This document shows positions 22,490 to 24,000 of a DNA stretch of 24,000 nt, piece after piece. The stretch covers positions 12,181 to 36,180 of the forward strand of contig JAGQBX010000008.1 in NCBI GenBank assembly GCA_024345855.1, in the 5' to 3' direction. This stretch comes from Synechococcus sp. GreenBA-s (GTDB lineage: Bacteria; Cyanobacteriota; Cyanobacteriia; PCC-6307; Cyanobiaceae). The notes under the pieces were generated by a model. It was not told where the DNA came from, did no database searches, and saw only the letters and a list, made by a program, of their open reading frames with translations. Every line of letters starts with the position of its first letter. Position 1 is the first letter of the stretch. Position numbers and translations under genes: made by a program.

Positions 22490-23554
22490 TCACCAGGTTT
22501 CCGGCGGCAGGCCGGCGCGGGCCTCCCGCAGCAGGTGCGAAGGCTTGACGTGGAAGCGCTGCTGGAAATCCACGCTGAACAGGCTCATCGAGCGGTAGCC
22601 GCAGGAGGCGGCGATGCTCGCCACGCTGTCGCCGGGCTGGGGCTGCTGCAGGCGCTGGCGGGCCAGATCGAGCCGCTGGTTGCGGATCCACTGGCTGGCG
22701 GTGCAGCCCAGTCGCTTCTGGAAGGCGTACTGCAGGGCACGCCGGGAGTAAAAGCTGTGGGCCTGCAGGCTCGCCAGATCGAGGGGCTGATCCAGGTTGG
22801 CGTTGATGAAGGCCACCAGCTCATCAAAGGCATCGAGGCCCTGGTCGGATCGGCGCCTGAGCCGATCCAGGGGGCCGTCGAGCCGGAGCTCCGGCAGCAC
22901 CATCGCCGCCATCACCCGGTAGATCTGCTCATCGAGCTGCAGCCGCTCCACCAGCAGCTGGCTGTAGACGCTGAGCCGTTCAGCCCGCTCCACCACCTGC
23001 CGCAGAATCTCCTGCAGCGGTGCCACGGCGGGGTCCGCCGGCAGCCAGGCCTGGCTGTGCTCCACCCGGTCGGCCCAGCCGGGCGGACTCTGGACCAGCC
23101 CGCCCATCTGCAGGGCGGTGTGCATCAGCCGCTCCGGCTCCAGCTGCAGCGCCACCGTGCTCAGCAGGGTGTTCTCACTGCTGGCGGCATCGCCCGAGAG
23201 CATCAGGCAGCCGTTCGCCAGGCAGGCCACGTCGCCGTCGGGCTGTCGGAAGGTCTGCTCACCGGCGTAGCCGAGGATCAGGGTGAGGGCGTGGTGCTCG
23301 GCGATCCAGAGGCGGGCGGGCGGCAAGATGCCGGCGTTCACGGCGATGCTGCCCAGGCGACTGTGGTGGCCGTAGTGCCACCAGGGTTCCTGGTCACAGG
23401 CGGGTGCCAGCCCGCGCAGCGGCAGCACCTGGCTGATCAGCTCCGTGCTCTGCTGCGGGTCTTCGATCAGCTGCAGGTGGCAGCGGAAGGGGTTGTCGAG
23501 CTCCGCCGCCTGGGGATGGACCTCAAAGGGGGCGGAGCTGGCCTCTGGCATCAC
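22490..23554 (-). CDS. AraC-family transcriptional regulator
   Basis: C-terminal double HTH (LQAHSFYSRRALQYAFQKRLGCTASQWIRNQRL ... VASIAASCGYRSMSLFSVDFQQRFHVKPS). The N-terminal roughly 230-aa domain is uncharacterised. Confidence 0.85.
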   Translation of the reverse strand: MMPEASSAPFEVHPQAAELDNPFRCHLQLIEDPQQSTELISQVLPLRGLAPACDQEPWWHYGHHSRLGSIAVNAGILPPARLWIAEHHALTLILGYAGEQTFRQPDGDVACLANGCLMLSGDAASSENTLLSTVALQLEPERLMHTALQMGGLVQSPPGWADRVEHSQAWLPADPAVAPLQEILRQVVERAERLSVYSQLLVERLQLDEQIYRVMAAMVLPELRLDGPLDRLRRRSDQGLDAFDELVAFINANLDQPLDLASLQAHSFYSRRALQYAFQKRLGCTASQWIRNQRLDLARQRLQQPQPGDSVASIAASCGYRSMSLFSVDFQQRFHVKPSHLLREARAGLPPETW

Positions 23555-23581
23555 CGGGGCGGACGGGCAGGGCAGGGTGCG

Positions 23582-23620
23582 GCCGCCGGCTTTGAAACCC
23601 TAGGAACAACAGCCGGCGGC
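23582..23620. promoter_or_regulatory. Perfect 10-bp inverted repeat (gccgccggct / agccggcggc) with a 19-nt spacer, upstream of the AraC-family gene
   Basis: Read directly from the sequence. The spacer ttgaaaccctaggaacaac is the most AT-rich stretch locally and contains CCTAGG. It lies 28-66 nt upstream of the AraC-family ATG at 23554. Confidence 0.5.
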
Positions 23621-23696
23621 GGCCACGGCCCAGGGGAGCCATGGCGCCGAGGGGCCCTGACAACGGCCCGTGGGGCAGAGCCGTGCTGAAGCGGTG

Positions 23697-24000
23697 ATGG
23701 AGAAGATCCCCACAAGCTCACTAGCGTGGTCTGGACGGGCGATCGAGGGCCGCGTGACACGACGATCGACCCGGAGCCGTGGGACGGCCGACGAGCCGCC
23801 GGCCAGTCCCGCAGCGGCAGCTCACGGAGCGGCAGCCCGCCCAGCAATCACCCACGAACCGATCGCCGTTGCCGGGGAGCTCGACCAGGCCCCGGCCATC
23901 GCCGCCGCCCTGCGGCATCTCCTCTCACCGGGCGTGGACCTGGGCCTGGCGGACGCGCGCCTGCGGGTGTGGATGCCCGGCTGTGGCGGTGGCGTCGCGG
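23697..24000 (+). CDS. Possible 5' part of a gene running off the window; a GCGGG motif hints at a SAM-dependent methyltransferase
   Basis: Frame +3 is open from 23661 to the window end. The last ~50 codons are GC3-rich and protein-like (IAVAGELDQAPAIAAALRHLLSPGVDLGLADARLRVWMPGCGGGV). The first ~50 codons look non-coding, so the true start is unclear. Confidence 0.25.
   Translation, partial: MEKIPTSSLAWSGRAIEGRVTRRSTRSRGTADEPPASPAAAAHGAAARPAITHEPIAVAGELDQAPAIAAALRHLLSPGVDLGLADARLRVWMPGCGGGVA

Noticed and set aside
1-24000. Search for CRISPR arrays, tRNA/rRNA genes, transposases, integrases and terminal inverted repeats
   Set aside because: No regularly spaced repeats, tRNA-like cloverleaf segments or recombinase-like translations were seen in any intergenic region or ORF. 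The island character of the region is therefore inferred from gene content only.

Overview
This is a GC-rich segment (by eye about two-thirds G+C, with third codon positions nearly saturated in G/C). That composition produces many long antisense shadow ORFs in the supplied track. Gene content (phoB-phoR, a Crp-family ptrA-like regulator, orphan pstS, gap-arsJ, some GCGATCGC/HIP1 palindromes) points to a high-GC picocyanobacterium of the Cyanobium/Synechococcus type. All family calls come from motif recognition in the translations; no database search was possible. Layout from left to right: (1) A PilZ-like gene fragment with an in-frame TAG. (2) A tightly coupled EF-hand / Coq4-like / MFS trio. 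(3) merR-like, phoB and phoR, converging on ptrA. (4) On the minus strand, arsR-acr3, then pstS, a strong intrinsic terminator, then ptrA, with Pho-box-like 11-bp phased repeats upstream of pstS and ptrA. (5) Divergent from arsR, gap-arsJ-arsS, followed by a DUF2064/TIGR04282-like transferase, arsM, and a GT2 carrying an unexplained His-rich N-terminal module. Together these form a combined arsenic detoxification plus arsenosugar-type cluster. (6) A secreted GHL10-like protein, two overlapping crcB genes, a DUF389 protein, a YeeE/YedE transporter, a DUF4079-like membrane protein and a small secreted Cys/His-tailed protein. (7) Two tandem PilZ-like genes, an AraC-family regulator, and a possible partial gene at the right edge. 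I found no tRNA, rRNA, CRISPR array, transposase or integrase. The most interesting leads are the His-rich module fused to the arsenosugar GT, the regulatory wiring that interleaves phosphate and arsenic genes (twin ATCAA-N6-TTGAT operators, Pho boxes, no terminator between acr3 and pstS), the EF-hand/Coq4-like/MFS trio, and the small Cys/His secreted protein paired with a membrane protein.
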